Below, in pieces: positions 17,976 to 26,323 of a stretch of 64,000 bases of DNA. Each line of letters opens with the position of its first letter. Position 1 is the first letter of the stretch. The stretch is taken from NCBI GenBank assembly GCA_025451775.1, contig JANWJU010000157.1:635-64634 (forward strand), given 5' to 3'. This stretch comes from Terriglobales bacterium (GTDB lineage Bacteria; Acidobacteriota; Terriglobia; Terriglobales; SCQP01). The notes beneath the pieces were generated by a model that worked only from the letters and a program-made list of their open reading frames with translations, did no database searches and had not been told where the DNA came from. The translations under genes were made by a program, and so were the position numbers.

Positions 17976-19418
17976 ATGTCTGTGGGCGCGATGCGCGGTT
18001 TCGCTCATCTTCTAATCTGTGCGGCGATTGCTTGCGGCTGGGCAGCCGCTCAGGCGGCGCCCGGGGCGCGCCTCGAGCAGGGAATCGAGCAGGGAATCGA
18101 GCAGCGGATCGACCAGCTCAGCGTCCAGTTGGAGCAGGATCAGGCGCGTCTGCGCGCCGAGCAAACCGAGATCGATGCGCTCAAGGCTCAGCTCGCGGTG
18201 CAGGTGCAAGCCGTGCAAGACCGGGAGACGGTGGATGCCGGCAAGATCGACACTCAGCATCAAACCAAGGTGGCGAGCGGCTCCCGGTTCCGGGTCACGC
18301 TCTCCGGTTTGTTGCTCATGAACCTCTACGGCAACGCCGGCACGGTGGAGAACAGCGACGTCCCCAACCTGGCGCTGGCCCCGGCGGCAGGCAGCACGGG
18401 CGGTGACGTCGGCGCCACCGTGCGGCAAAGCGAGTTGGGCTTGCGGGTGAGCGGGGCCACGCTGGCCGGGGCGCGCGCCAGCGGCGAGATCCTGGCGGAC
18501 TTTTACGGCGGCTTTCCCGGCTACCTCGATGCCACCGCCTCCGGCCTGTTGCGCCTCAAGATCGCCCGCGGACGGCTGGACTGGAGCCATACCTCGTTGC
18601 TATTTGGCGTGGATGAGCCCTGGATCTCGCCCCTCTCGCCCACCTCCTATGCGTCGCTGGGCACGCCCGCGCTCGCCTACTCCGGCAACCTCTGGACCTG
18701 GACCCCGCAGATCGGCGTGGAGCAGCGCTGGAGTCTGGGGACTCAATGGCGCGATACGTTGCGCCTGGGCCTCATGGATCCGCTCTCGGGGGAGTTTCCT
18801 GCCCGCACCACGGTGCGCAAGCCGGAGGCGGGCGAAGTTTCGCGCCAGCCCGCCCTCGAGGTGCGCGAGGCGGTCGGACGCGAGCTGTTTGGGCGGGATT
18901 TTACCCTGGGCGCGGGGGCCTACTCCAGCCGCCAGGCCTATGGCTTCGGGCGTTCGGTCCAAGCCTGGGCGGCGACCGGGGATTGGAACTTGGCCCTGAC
19001 GCCGTGGCTCGATTTCAGCGGTGAAGCCTACCGCGGCCGCGCCCTCGGCGGCCTCTGGGGCGGGGTGGGAGACAGCGTCGTCGCCAGTGCCGCGGCGCGC
19101 ACCGATCCCGGCACTCTCATCGCCGGATTGAACACCGCCGGCGGTTGGGGCCAACTCAAGTTCCATCTCTCCCCGACGCTCGAATTTAACGCCGTGTACG
19201 GCCTCGATAACCCCTTCACTCAGGACCTGCGGCGCTTCGCCGCCACCCAATCCACCAATCCCTTCGACCGCAACCAGACGGCGCTGGTGAACCTCATCGC
19301 GCGGCCCCGTTCCGACCTCGTGTTTGCTTTGGAGTACCGCCGGCTGCGCACCGTGCGTTTAAACAGTGGCGCGAACACGGCCGGGCACGTCGACGCCGCC
19401 GTAGGGGTGAGCTTTTGA
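17976..19418 (+). CDS. outer-membrane beta-barrel protein with N-terminal coiled coil (porin-like)
   Basis: The ORF track gives 17907..19418; the Met at 17976/17991 gives signal peptide MRGFAHLLICAAIACGWAAAQA. The coiled coil reads QGIEQGIEQRIDQLSVQLEQDQARLRAEQTEIDALKAQL. Alternating beta-strand-like sequence follows, ending in ...AAVGVSF (aromatic C-terminus typical of OMPs). Confidence 0.7.
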   Translation: MSVGAMRGFAHLLICAAIACGWAAAQAAPGARLEQGIEQGIEQRIDQLSVQLEQDQARLRAEQTEIDALKAQLAVQVQAVQDRETVDAGKIDTQHQTKVASGSRFRVTLSGLLLMNLYGNAGTVENSDVPNLALAPAAGSTGGDVGATVRQSELGLRVSGATLAGARASGEILADFYGGFPGYLDATASGLLRLKIARGRLDWSHTSLLFGVDEPWISPLSPTSYASLGTPALAYSGNLWTWTPQIGVEQRWSLGTQWRDTLRLGLMDPLSGEFPARTTVRKPEAGEVSRQPALEVREAVGRELFGRDFTLGAGAYSSRQAYGFGRSVQAWAATGDWNLALTPWLDFSGEAYRGRALGGLWGGVGDSVVASAAARTDPGTLIAGLNTAGGWGQLKFHLSPTLEFNAVYGLDNPFTQDLRRFAATQSTNPFDRNQTALVNLIARPRSDLVFALEYRRLRTVRLNSGANTAGHVDAAVGVSF

Positions 19419-20122
19419 GCGAGCGGAGACTCCTGTTGCTGGCATCGCTGGGGCTGGTGATGGCCACGGCGCTGGCGCAAACGCCGGCCCCCGCCACGCT
19501 GCCCGGCCAAGCCACCGTCCGCCAACTGAACGCACGGAAGGTCAGCAACGCCGGTGTGGTGGTTTGGCTCACGCCCGTAGCCGGTTCGGCGCCAACGGTC
19601 ACGCCGGCTCGAACCTATCAGATGGCCCAGCGCAACAAGGCCTTCGAGCCGCACCTGCTGGTGATTCCCACCGGCTCCATGGTGGCGTTCCCCAATTTCG
19701 ATCCGTTTTTTCATAATGTTTTCTCGTTGGGCAACGACCGGCCGTTTGACCTGTTGTTGTATCAAGGCGGCGCCAGCCGCTCGCAACGGTTCTCGCGACC
19801 CGGCATTACCTATGTTTTTTGCAATATCCATCCGCAGATGAGTGCGGTCATCGTCACCGTGCCCACGCCCTGGTATGGCATCAGCGATGCTGCCGGCGCC
19901 TACGCCCTGCCCGCGCCGCCCCCCGGTGAATACCAACTCCACGTCTGGTACGAGCGCGCCCAACCGGCGGACTTGGCGCGGCTGCAGCGCCAGGTCGAGA
20001 TCGCCCCCAACACCGGGCTTCCATCCATCCAGGTTGACGAAAGCCCGGTTCCGGCCATGCACAAGAACAAATACGGCCAGGATTACGACACCCCCGGCAG
20101 CTACGGCACGGTCGATCAATAG
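19415..20122 (+). CDS. secreted cupredoxin-like protein (amicyanin-type Cu-site motif) with C-terminal beta-sandwich
   Basis: 235 aa, with a TTG start overlapping the OMP stop. The signal peptide is MSERRLLLLASLGLVMATALAQ. FPNFDPFFHNVFS plus CNIHPQM gives His...Cys-x2-His-x2-Met spacing as in amicyanin CTPHPFM. The tail YGISDAAGAYALPAPPPGEYQLHVWYE resembles a carboxypeptidase-regulatory-like fold. Confidence 0.65.
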   Translation: MSERRLLLLASLGLVMATALAQTPAPATLPGQATVRQLNARKVSNAGVVVWLTPVAGSAPTVTPARTYQMAQRNKAFEPHLLVIPTGSMVAFPNFDPFFHNVFSLGNDRPFDLLLYQGGASRSQRFSRPGITYVFCNIHPQMSAVIVTVPTPWYGISDAAGAYALPAPPPGEYQLHVWYERAQPADLARLQRQVEIAPNTGLPSIQVDESPVPAMHKNKYGQDYDTPGSYGTVDQ

Positions 20123-20147
20123 CCCGCCGCAGGGCGCCAATTTTTTC

Positions 20148-20175
20148 TTTACCTCGTGCTTAGTTGAGGTATGAT
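20148..20175 (+). promoter_or_regulatory. candidate promoter (TTTACC-16 nt-TATGAT) upstream of the TIM-barrel/permease module
   Basis: TATGAT at 20170-20175 and TTTACC at 20148-20153, within the AT-richer spacer after a T-run. This is a pattern match only. Confidence 0.25.
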
Positions 20176-20237
20176 CCACGCGTACGGAGGCCGAGGGCGG
20201 CTGGCGTAAACATGAGTCCCAAAGGAAGGATTGCCTA

Positions 20238-21278
20238 GTGTCCAATTTGTCCCGCCGTGAGTTTGCCAAAGTCGCCGCCGCCGGTTCAGTGTCGATCGCA
20301 GCCCTGGGTGCACTCGCCCGCACGGCCGCTGGCTTGGCGCCGGCCCCGCAGGCTTCCGCCTCCGTCCTCGCCCCCTGGGGCAAGCAGGTTGGGCTGGAAC
20401 TGTACACGGTTCGTGACTTGATCGAGAAAGACCAAGCGGGCACGCTGGCCAAGGTCGCCGCCATCGGCTACAAAGAGGTCGAGCCGGTGGGCTTTGGCGG
20501 CCTCGACCCCAAGGCCTACCGCGCCCTGCTGGACCAGAACGGCCTCACCGCCCCCAGCACCCATACCACCGTTTCGCCTGGCCCGGACCTGGAGAAGACC
20601 CTCGAGGGCTACCAGATCATCGGGATCAAATACATTACGGCCGGTGGGCCGCGTCCGGCCGCCCGCCGCCCTCCCGCCCCCGCCGCCCGGGGTGGCGCCG
20701 GTGGCGGCACGGCCCCCCGTGGCCGGGGTGGCCCCGGCGGCGGCCAGCGTCCGCCCGAGACCCCCGAGACCGTCAAGCGCACCGTCGACAACTACAACCA
20801 GGTCGGCAAGATGGCGCAGACGTATGGCATGCAGGTGCTGGTCCACAACCACGCCATGGAGTTTGAGAAGTTTGCCGGCAGCGAGCAGTGTCCTTACGAC
20901 ATCATCCTCGCCGAGAGCGATCCCAATCTGGTCGTCATGCAGATGGATATCGGCTGGGCCTCGGTCGCCGGCCAGGACCCCGTGGCCATGTTCCACAAAA
21001 ACCCCGGCCGCTTCGTCCTCTGGCACGTCAAGGACTTCATGAACCTGCAGTACCTGTTCCCACAGCCGGAGATGACCGAGTCGCAGCGCATGCAGGTGGC
21101 GGGCAACTGGATGGTGCCGTTCGGTTTGGGCGGCATCGATTACAAATCCATCTTCGAAAACGCCGCCGTGGCCGGCATGAAACACTTTTGCATCGAGCAG
21201 GACACCGCCGCCAATTGGGGCGATTCCGTCGCCGCCGCCGGCGTCAGCTACAAAAACCTGAAAAAAATGCTTTCCTAA
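20238..21278 (+). CDS. Tat-exported sugar phosphate isomerase/epimerase family protein (xylose-isomerase-like TIM barrel), paralog 1
   Basis: 346 aa, GTG start preceded by AAGGAAGG. The twin-arginine signal is MSNLSRREFAKVAAAGS. TIM-barrel motifs: ...VLVHNHAMEFE...MQMDIGWASVAGQDP...FVLWHVKD... Confidence 0.8.
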   Translation: MSNLSRREFAKVAAAGSVSIAALGALARTAAGLAPAPQASASVLAPWGKQVGLELYTVRDLIEKDQAGTLAKVAAIGYKEVEPVGFGGLDPKAYRALLDQNGLTAPSTHTTVSPGPDLEKTLEGYQIIGIKYITAGGPRPAARRPPAPAARGGAGGGTAPRGRGGPGGGQRPPETPETVKRTVDNYNQVGKMAQTYGMQVLVHNHAMEFEKFAGSEQCPYDIILAESDPNLVVMQMDIGWASVAGQDPVAMFHKNPGRFVLWHVKDFMNLQYLFPQPEMTESQRMQVAGNWMVPFGLGGIDYKSIFENAAVAGMKHFCIEQDTAANWGDSVAAAGVSYKNLKKMLS

Positions 21279-21290
21279 GGAGCGACATCC

Positions 21291-22640
21291 ATGGCTCTGC
21301 CGCGTTATCTCCGCGCCTCCGTTCCCAATCCCGCCGACAAGCGGGCGCCGTGGTATAAAAACACGGCGCCCGCCTACGCGGGCATCTTTTTAGCTGTCAT
21401 CTTCTACCAGCAGATGGCGGAGAACACGCTCAGCCAAGCCAGCGTGGGCACGTGCCTGTTGGGTCTGCTGGTGGGCGGCCTCATCGCCTGGGGCCTGTTC
21501 TACTACGCTCCGGCGATGCTGGGCATGAAAACCGGCCGTCCGCTCTACATCGTCGGCACCTCGACCTTCGGCACCCAGGGCAACTACCTGCCCGGCTTTT
21601 TAATGGGCCTGCTGCAGGTGGGTTTCATCGGCGTCATCACGCTGCTGGTGGCTAACTACATCATGGCCGCGGCGCACGCGCAGTCGCATGCGGTGGTGAT
21701 CCTCATCTGCATTATCTGGGCATATGCGCTGGCCTGGATCGCGATGCGCGGCATCTCGCATGTGGCGCGCGCCGGCAACATCCTCAACTGGATTCCGCTG
21801 ATCATGCTGGCGCTGGTGGTGTTTGCGGTGCGCGGGGGCATCGGGAAGTATCATCCCGCCGTGACCCACACCGGCACCGGTTTCGCAATCATGCTCGACG
21901 TCGTGCTCGGGTTCTTCGCCACCGCGGGCGCGGCGGGCGCCGATTTTGGCATCAATAGCCGGAATCAGCGCGACGTCAGCTTGGGCGGCCTGTTTGGCAT
22001 TGCGCTGGCGGCGCTGGTGGCTGGCGGATTGGCGATTCTGGCCGTGGCCGGTGCCATCGGACTCAACTCGGCGCTGCCGGTCGGGGCGGCCAGCCGCTTC
22101 GACTTCTCGGCCGCCATTGGCAGCGTCGGATCGGCGGCGTCGTTGGTTTACATCCTGTTTGTGATCGCGCTGTTGCCGTGTTGCACCTTCAGCACCTTCA
22201 TCGCCACCAACTCGTTTTCGACCATGATCCCCAACGCGCCCCGCTCGGTGTGGGCGTACGCGGCTGCCACCGGTGGCATTCTGCTCGCCATCACCGGTCT
22301 GGCCGCCAACTTGGGCGGATTCTTCGGATTGGTGGGCGCCACCTTTGCCCCGGTCTGCGGCGCCATGACCGCCGACTATCTATTGGCCGGCAAAAAGTGG
22401 AGCGGCCCGCGCCACGGCATCAACTGGGCCGGCTACCTGGCCTGGATCATTGGCTGCTGGGTGGGGCTGCTGATTAATCCCGGCCTGCATCTGGCGCCGG
22501 CGAGTTGGCAGCAGGCCGATCATCCCGCCGTCCTGTTCTCCTACCTCGTCGCCTTGGTCGTCTACTGGATTCTGGCAAAAGCCGGCGTCCGGCCCCGCCT
22601 CGTTGGCGAGGAGGAAATGAAAGCCGCTGCCAGGGCCTAG
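21291..22640 (+). CDS. NCS1/cytosine-purine-permease-like transporter, paralog 1
   Basis: 449 aa, about 12 predicted TM segments. The stretch ...YYAPAMLGMKTGRPLYIVGTSTFGTQGNYLPGFLMGLLQVGFIG... resembles the CodB/NCS1 family. The family call comes from memory of the motif, not from a search. Confidence 0.6.
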   Translation: MALPRYLRASVPNPADKRAPWYKNTAPAYAGIFLAVIFYQQMAENTLSQASVGTCLLGLLVGGLIAWGLFYYAPAMLGMKTGRPLYIVGTSTFGTQGNYLPGFLMGLLQVGFIGVITLLVANYIMAAAHAQSHAVVILICIIWAYALAWIAMRGISHVARAGNILNWIPLIMLALVVFAVRGGIGKYHPAVTHTGTGFAIMLDVVLGFFATAGAAGADFGINSRNQRDVSLGGLFGIALAALVAGGLAILAVAGAIGLNSALPVGAASRFDFSAAIGSVGSAASLVYILFVIALLPCCTFSTFIATNSFSTMIPNAPRSVWAYAAATGGILLAITGLAANLGGFFGLVGATFAPVCGAMTADYLLAGKKWSGPRHGINWAGYLAWIIGCWVGLLINPGLHLAPASWQQADHPAVLFSYLVALVVYWILAKAGVRPRLVGEEEMKAAARA

Positions 22641-22664
22641 CCCGCTGGGTATCGAAGAAGAACC

Positions 22665-23603
22665 ATGAACCTCTATTCGCGTCGTAATTTTGTCAAGCGG
22701 GCCGCCGGGCAACCGGCGGCCTTCCTTCAGGCCCCCGAACCCTCCGCCGCGTCCTCGAGTCCGTGGGCCGCGCGCATGGGATTGGAACTGTACACGGTTC
22801 GCGACGCCATTCAGCGGGACGAACCCGGCACGCTCGCCCAAGTGGCGGCCATGGGGTACAAGGAGGTCGAGCCCTCGGTGACGTACGGCGGCCTCGATCC
22901 CAAACAATACCGCGCTCTGCTCGACAAACTGGGCCTCATCGCCCCCACCACCCACATGTCGGTGACGCCGGGCCCAGATCTCGAGCAACAGCTCGAAGGC
23001 CACCAGATTATGGGCCACCGTTACACCTCGGTGGCGGAGCCGCGCAGCCCCGCGCCCCGAACTGCTGGCGCTGCCCGTGGCCCCAGCCCCGACGCCACCA
23101 AACGCACCTGCGAGATGTATAACCAGGTGGGCGCCGTGGGGAAAAAATACGGCATCCAGGTGCTGGTGCACAACCACACCACCGAGTTCGAACGGTACCC
23201 TGGCAGCGATCAGTGCCCCTATGACGTAATCCTCGCCACCTGCGACCCCGATTTGGTAGTCATGGAACTCGACATCGGCTGGGCCTCGGTCGCCGGCCAG
23301 GATATTCTGGCCCTGTTCCACCAGCATCCCGGCCGCTTTGTCCTCTGGCACGTCAAAGATTTCATGAACCTCCAGTATCTGTTCCCGCAGCCGGAGATGA
23401 CCGAATCCGAGCGGCAGCGCACCGCCGGGAAGTGGATGGTTCCGGTGGGTCTGGGCGGCATCGACTACAAGGCGATCTTCGCCCAACATGAGCTCGCCGG
23501 CATGAAGCACTTCAATATCGAGCAGGACAGTGCCGCCTCCTGGGGCAGCTCCATCGCCGCCGCCCACGTCAGCTATACCAACCTGTTGCGCGCCATCTCC
23601 TAA
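22665..23603 (+). CDS. Tat-exported sugar phosphate isomerase/epimerase family protein, paralog 2
   Basis: 312 aa with Tat signal MNLYSRRNFVKRAAG. It aligns along its whole length with 20238..21278 (for example FVLWHVKDFMNLQYLFPQPEMTES is identical in both). Confidence 0.8.
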   Translation: MNLYSRRNFVKRAAGQPAAFLQAPEPSAASSSPWAARMGLELYTVRDAIQRDEPGTLAQVAAMGYKEVEPSVTYGGLDPKQYRALLDKLGLIAPTTHMSVTPGPDLEQQLEGHQIMGHRYTSVAEPRSPAPRTAGAARGPSPDATKRTCEMYNQVGAVGKKYGIQVLVHNHTTEFERYPGSDQCPYDVILATCDPDLVVMELDIGWASVAGQDILALFHQHPGRFVLWHVKDFMNLQYLFPQPEMTESERQRTAGKWMVPVGLGGIDYKAIFAQHELAGMKHFNIEQDSAASWGSSIAAAHVSYTNLLRAIS

Positions 23604-23620
23604 ACTGGCCCTCCGCTCCT

Positions 23621-24859
23621 ATGGACATCCAGCGCCTGCGCATCGGGTTTGTCGGCAGCGGCTTCATCACCCGTTTTCATATTCAATCGCTGCTGGGCGT
23701 GCGGGACGCTGAAGCCGCCGGGGTCTGGAGCCCCAATGCGGTGAACGCGCGCGCCGCCGCCGCCTTGGCGCGGCAGCTTGACGTCGGTGCGGCGCGCGCC
23801 TTCCCGTCGCTTGAGGCCATGGTTGCCGATGATGCCATCGACGCCATTTGGCTCTGCGGGCCCAACCATCGCCGGCTGGACAACATGGCGGCGATCACCG
23901 CCGGCGCGGCGCGGCGGTCGCGTCCGCTGCGCGGCATCGCCTGTGAGAAGCCGCTGGCCCGCAACGTCGCCGAGGCGCGCCAGATGGCCGCCCTGGCGCG
24001 CAAGCTGGGCGTGCCCACCGGCTACCTGGAAGACCAACTCTTTGCCCCTGCCACCGAAGCCGGACGTGCCTTGGCCTGGGGACGGGGCGCGGCCGCCACC
24101 GGCCGCCCCTACCTCGCTCGCGCCGCCGAGGAGCATAGCGGCCCGCACCGCCCCTGGTTCTGGATGGGCGCCTTGCAGGGTGGCGGCGTCATGAACGACA
24201 TGATGTGCCACTCGGCCCTGCTCGTCCGCCACCTGCTTACCCGCCCCGGCGAGCCCCTCAGCACGGTGCGTCCCAAACGCCTTGCCGCCCACGTCGCCAG
24301 CCTGAAATGGTCCCAGCCCCTGTACGCGCGCCGCCTCGCCCGCACCATGGGCCGGGAAGTCGACTACCGGAAAAATCCCAGCGAGGACTTTGCCAGCCTG
24401 CACGTCGAGTTCGAAACGGCCGACAAGACCACCGTGATCGGCGAGTGCTCCGTCTCCTGGAGCTACGTCGGCGCCGGCCTGCGCTTATCCGCGGAGTTGC
24501 TCGGCCCCGAGTATTCGATGAGCTGGAACTCGCTCGATACCGGGCTGAAGCTGTTCTTCAGCCGTGAGGTGCAGGGCAAGGCAGGCGAGGACCTGGTCGA
24601 GAAGCAGAACGCCGAAACCGGCCTGATGCCCGTCGTCGTGGGCGAGGCCGCCGTGTATGGCTACGAGGCCGAGAACCGGCATTTTGCCCGTGCATTCCTG
24701 CATGGCACGCCGCCGGCGCTGAGCTTCGCCGACGGTGTCGGCGTGGTTGAGCTGCTCATGGCTGCCTATAAGAGCGCCGAATCCGGGCGCACGTTGAATT
24801 TTCCGCCACCGGGTCTGGCCACCTATGTTCCCGCCTGCGCCCGTACCGCTCCCCGTTAA
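23621..24859 (+). CDS. Gfo/Idh/MocA family oxidoreductase
   Basis: 412 aa. The N-terminal Rossmann motif is LRIGFVGSGFITRFHIQSL. The C-terminal alpha/beta domain is typical of the family. Confidence 0.85.
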   Translation: MDIQRLRIGFVGSGFITRFHIQSLLGVRDAEAAGVWSPNAVNARAAAALARQLDVGAARAFPSLEAMVADDAIDAIWLCGPNHRRLDNMAAITAGAARRSRPLRGIACEKPLARNVAEARQMAALARKLGVPTGYLEDQLFAPATEAGRALAWGRGAAATGRPYLARAAEEHSGPHRPWFWMGALQGGGVMNDMMCHSALLVRHLLTRPGEPLSTVRPKRLAAHVASLKWSQPLYARRLARTMGREVDYRKNPSEDFASLHVEFETADKTTVIGECSVSWSYVGAGLRLSAELLGPEYSMSWNSLDTGLKLFFSREVQGKAGEDLVEKQNAETGLMPVVVGEAAVYGYEAENRHFARAFLHGTPPALSFADGVGVVELLMAAYKSAESGRTLNFPPPGLATYVPACARTAPR

Positions 24860-24890
24860 GCAGGCCTCGCACCCCCAAAGGAAAACCCCT

Positions 24891-26243
24891 ATGCCGCTTC
24901 CCAAGTATTTACTGGCAGCCACCGCTAACCCGGAATCCAATCGCCGCGCATGGTACAAGAACACCGCTCCCGCCTACGCCGGGATTTTTCTCTCGGTGGT
25001 CTTTTACTTGCAGTTGTCCTCCATTCCGCTGGGCAGTGATGGCATCGGGATGGGCCTGATCGCCTTGGCGGTCGGCGGGCTGCTGTGCTGCATGTTCTAC
25101 TACGCCCCAGCCATGCTGGGCATGAAGACGGGCCAGCATCTCTACGTGGTCGGCACGTCGACGTTTGGGGTGCAGGGCAATTACTTTCCCGGCCTGCTCA
25201 TGGGCTTGCTGCAGGTGGGCTTTATCGGCGCCAACACCTACTTCGCGGTGGATTTCATCATGCGCGGCTTGCACGCCGGTTCGCCCGAACTGCGGGTGGC
25301 GCTGGTGATCGTTTGGGCCTACGTGTTCGCCTGGGTCGCCATGCGCGGCATTTCGCACGTGGCCCGCGCCGCCCAGATCTTGAACTGGATCCCGCTGGCG
25401 ATGTTGGTCATCGTGTTTTTCGCCACGCGCCACGGTCTGAGCCACTTCCAGCCTGCGGTGCATCACCCGGCGGAGAGTTTCGCGCTGACCCTCGATTTCG
25501 TCCTCGGCTACATTGCCACCGCCGCCGCCGCCGGCGCCGACTTCGGCAGCAACAGCCGCAATCGCGGTGACGTGATCCGGGGCGGTCTGGTGGGCATTGC
25601 ACTCGCCGTTTTTGTCGCTGGCGGCTTGGCCATGCTCGGTGTGGCCGGCGCTATGGGGTTGCACGTGGCCATTCCGGCCGGCGTCTCCAGCCCATTTGAT
25701 TTCACCACCGCCATCTCCAGCGTGGGTCCGCTATCGGGCATCATCTTCTTCCTGTTCGCGGCCGCGCTGCTGGTGCCGACCGCGTTCTGCACCTTCATCG
25801 CCACCAACTCGTTGACCACCATGCTGCCGGTGGCCAAGCGCGAGTTCTGGGCCTTCGCCGCCGCCAGCGGCGGCATCCTGCTGGCCGCCACCGGCGTGGC
25901 CGAGAACCTGCACGCCTTCTTCGGGCTGGTGGGCGCCTCGTTTGCCCCGGTCTGCGGCGCCATGGCCGCCGATTACTGGCTCGCTGGCAAGCGTTGGAGC
26001 GGTCCCCGCCACGGCATCAACTGGGCCGGGTTCGCGGCCTGGATCGTGGGCTTCTGGATCGGTGACATGGGCCGTCTGGGCATGGGCCCGGCCTCCTGGC
26101 AACAGGTCGACCATCCCTCCATCCTGTACGCCTTTATCGCCGCCTTCGCGGTTTACTGGGTGCTGGCGCGCGCCGGCGTCCGGCCGGCGGTGGTCGCGGC
26201 TTCCGAATTGGAGGCGATGACAGCCGGGAAGCGCCACGAATAG
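24891..26243 (+). CDS. NCS1/cytosine-purine-permease-like transporter, paralog 2
   Basis: ATG at 24891 (MPLPKYLLAATANPESNRRAWYKNTAPAYAGIFL...) lies inside ORF 24825..26243. It is collinear with 21291..22640. Confidence 0.6.
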   Translation: MPLPKYLLAATANPESNRRAWYKNTAPAYAGIFLSVVFYLQLSSIPLGSDGIGMGLIALAVGGLLCCMFYYAPAMLGMKTGQHLYVVGTSTFGVQGNYFPGLLMGLLQVGFIGANTYFAVDFIMRGLHAGSPELRVALVIVWAYVFAWVAMRGISHVARAAQILNWIPLAMLVIVFFATRHGLSHFQPAVHHPAESFALTLDFVLGYIATAAAAGADFGSNSRNRGDVIRGGLVGIALAVFVAGGLAMLGVAGAMGLHVAIPAGVSSPFDFTTAISSVGPLSGIIFFLFAAALLVPTAFCTFIATNSLTTMLPVAKREFWAFAAASGGILLAATGVAENLHAFFGLVGASFAPVCGAMAADYWLAGKRWSGPRHGINWAGFAAWIVGFWIGDMGRLGMGPASWQQVDHPSILYAFIAAFAVYWVLARAGVRPAVVAASELEAMTAGKRHE

Positions 26244-26260
26244 ATTGGGTGCCAGCTGCC

Positions 26261-26323
26261 GATTGGCGGAGCCGGTTGACAAGCGACCAACGGGAGCGAC
26301 CCAGCGAAAAGTGGCGAGCCACC
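26261..26323 (+). repeat. dispersed intergenic repeat, short copy E (3' module, degenerate 5' stub)
   Basis: ...AAGCGACCAACGGGAGCGACCCAGCGAAAAGTGGCGAGCCACC, ending at the stop codon of the convergent NIPSNAP gene. Confidence 0.8.

Noticed and set aside
20122-20150. Intrinsic terminator after the cupredoxin gene (GCCC-gccgca-GGGC followed by TTTTTTCTTT).
   Set aside because: The T-run is striking for this genome, but the stem I can draw is only 4 bp. That is too weak to call without folding energies or 3'-end data.
20286-23567. Minus-strand ORFs of 299 aa and 395 aa opposite the two TIM-barrel paralogs.
   Set aside because: They are shadows of the duplicated genes. Their mutual similarity merely mirrors the real duplication on the plus strand.
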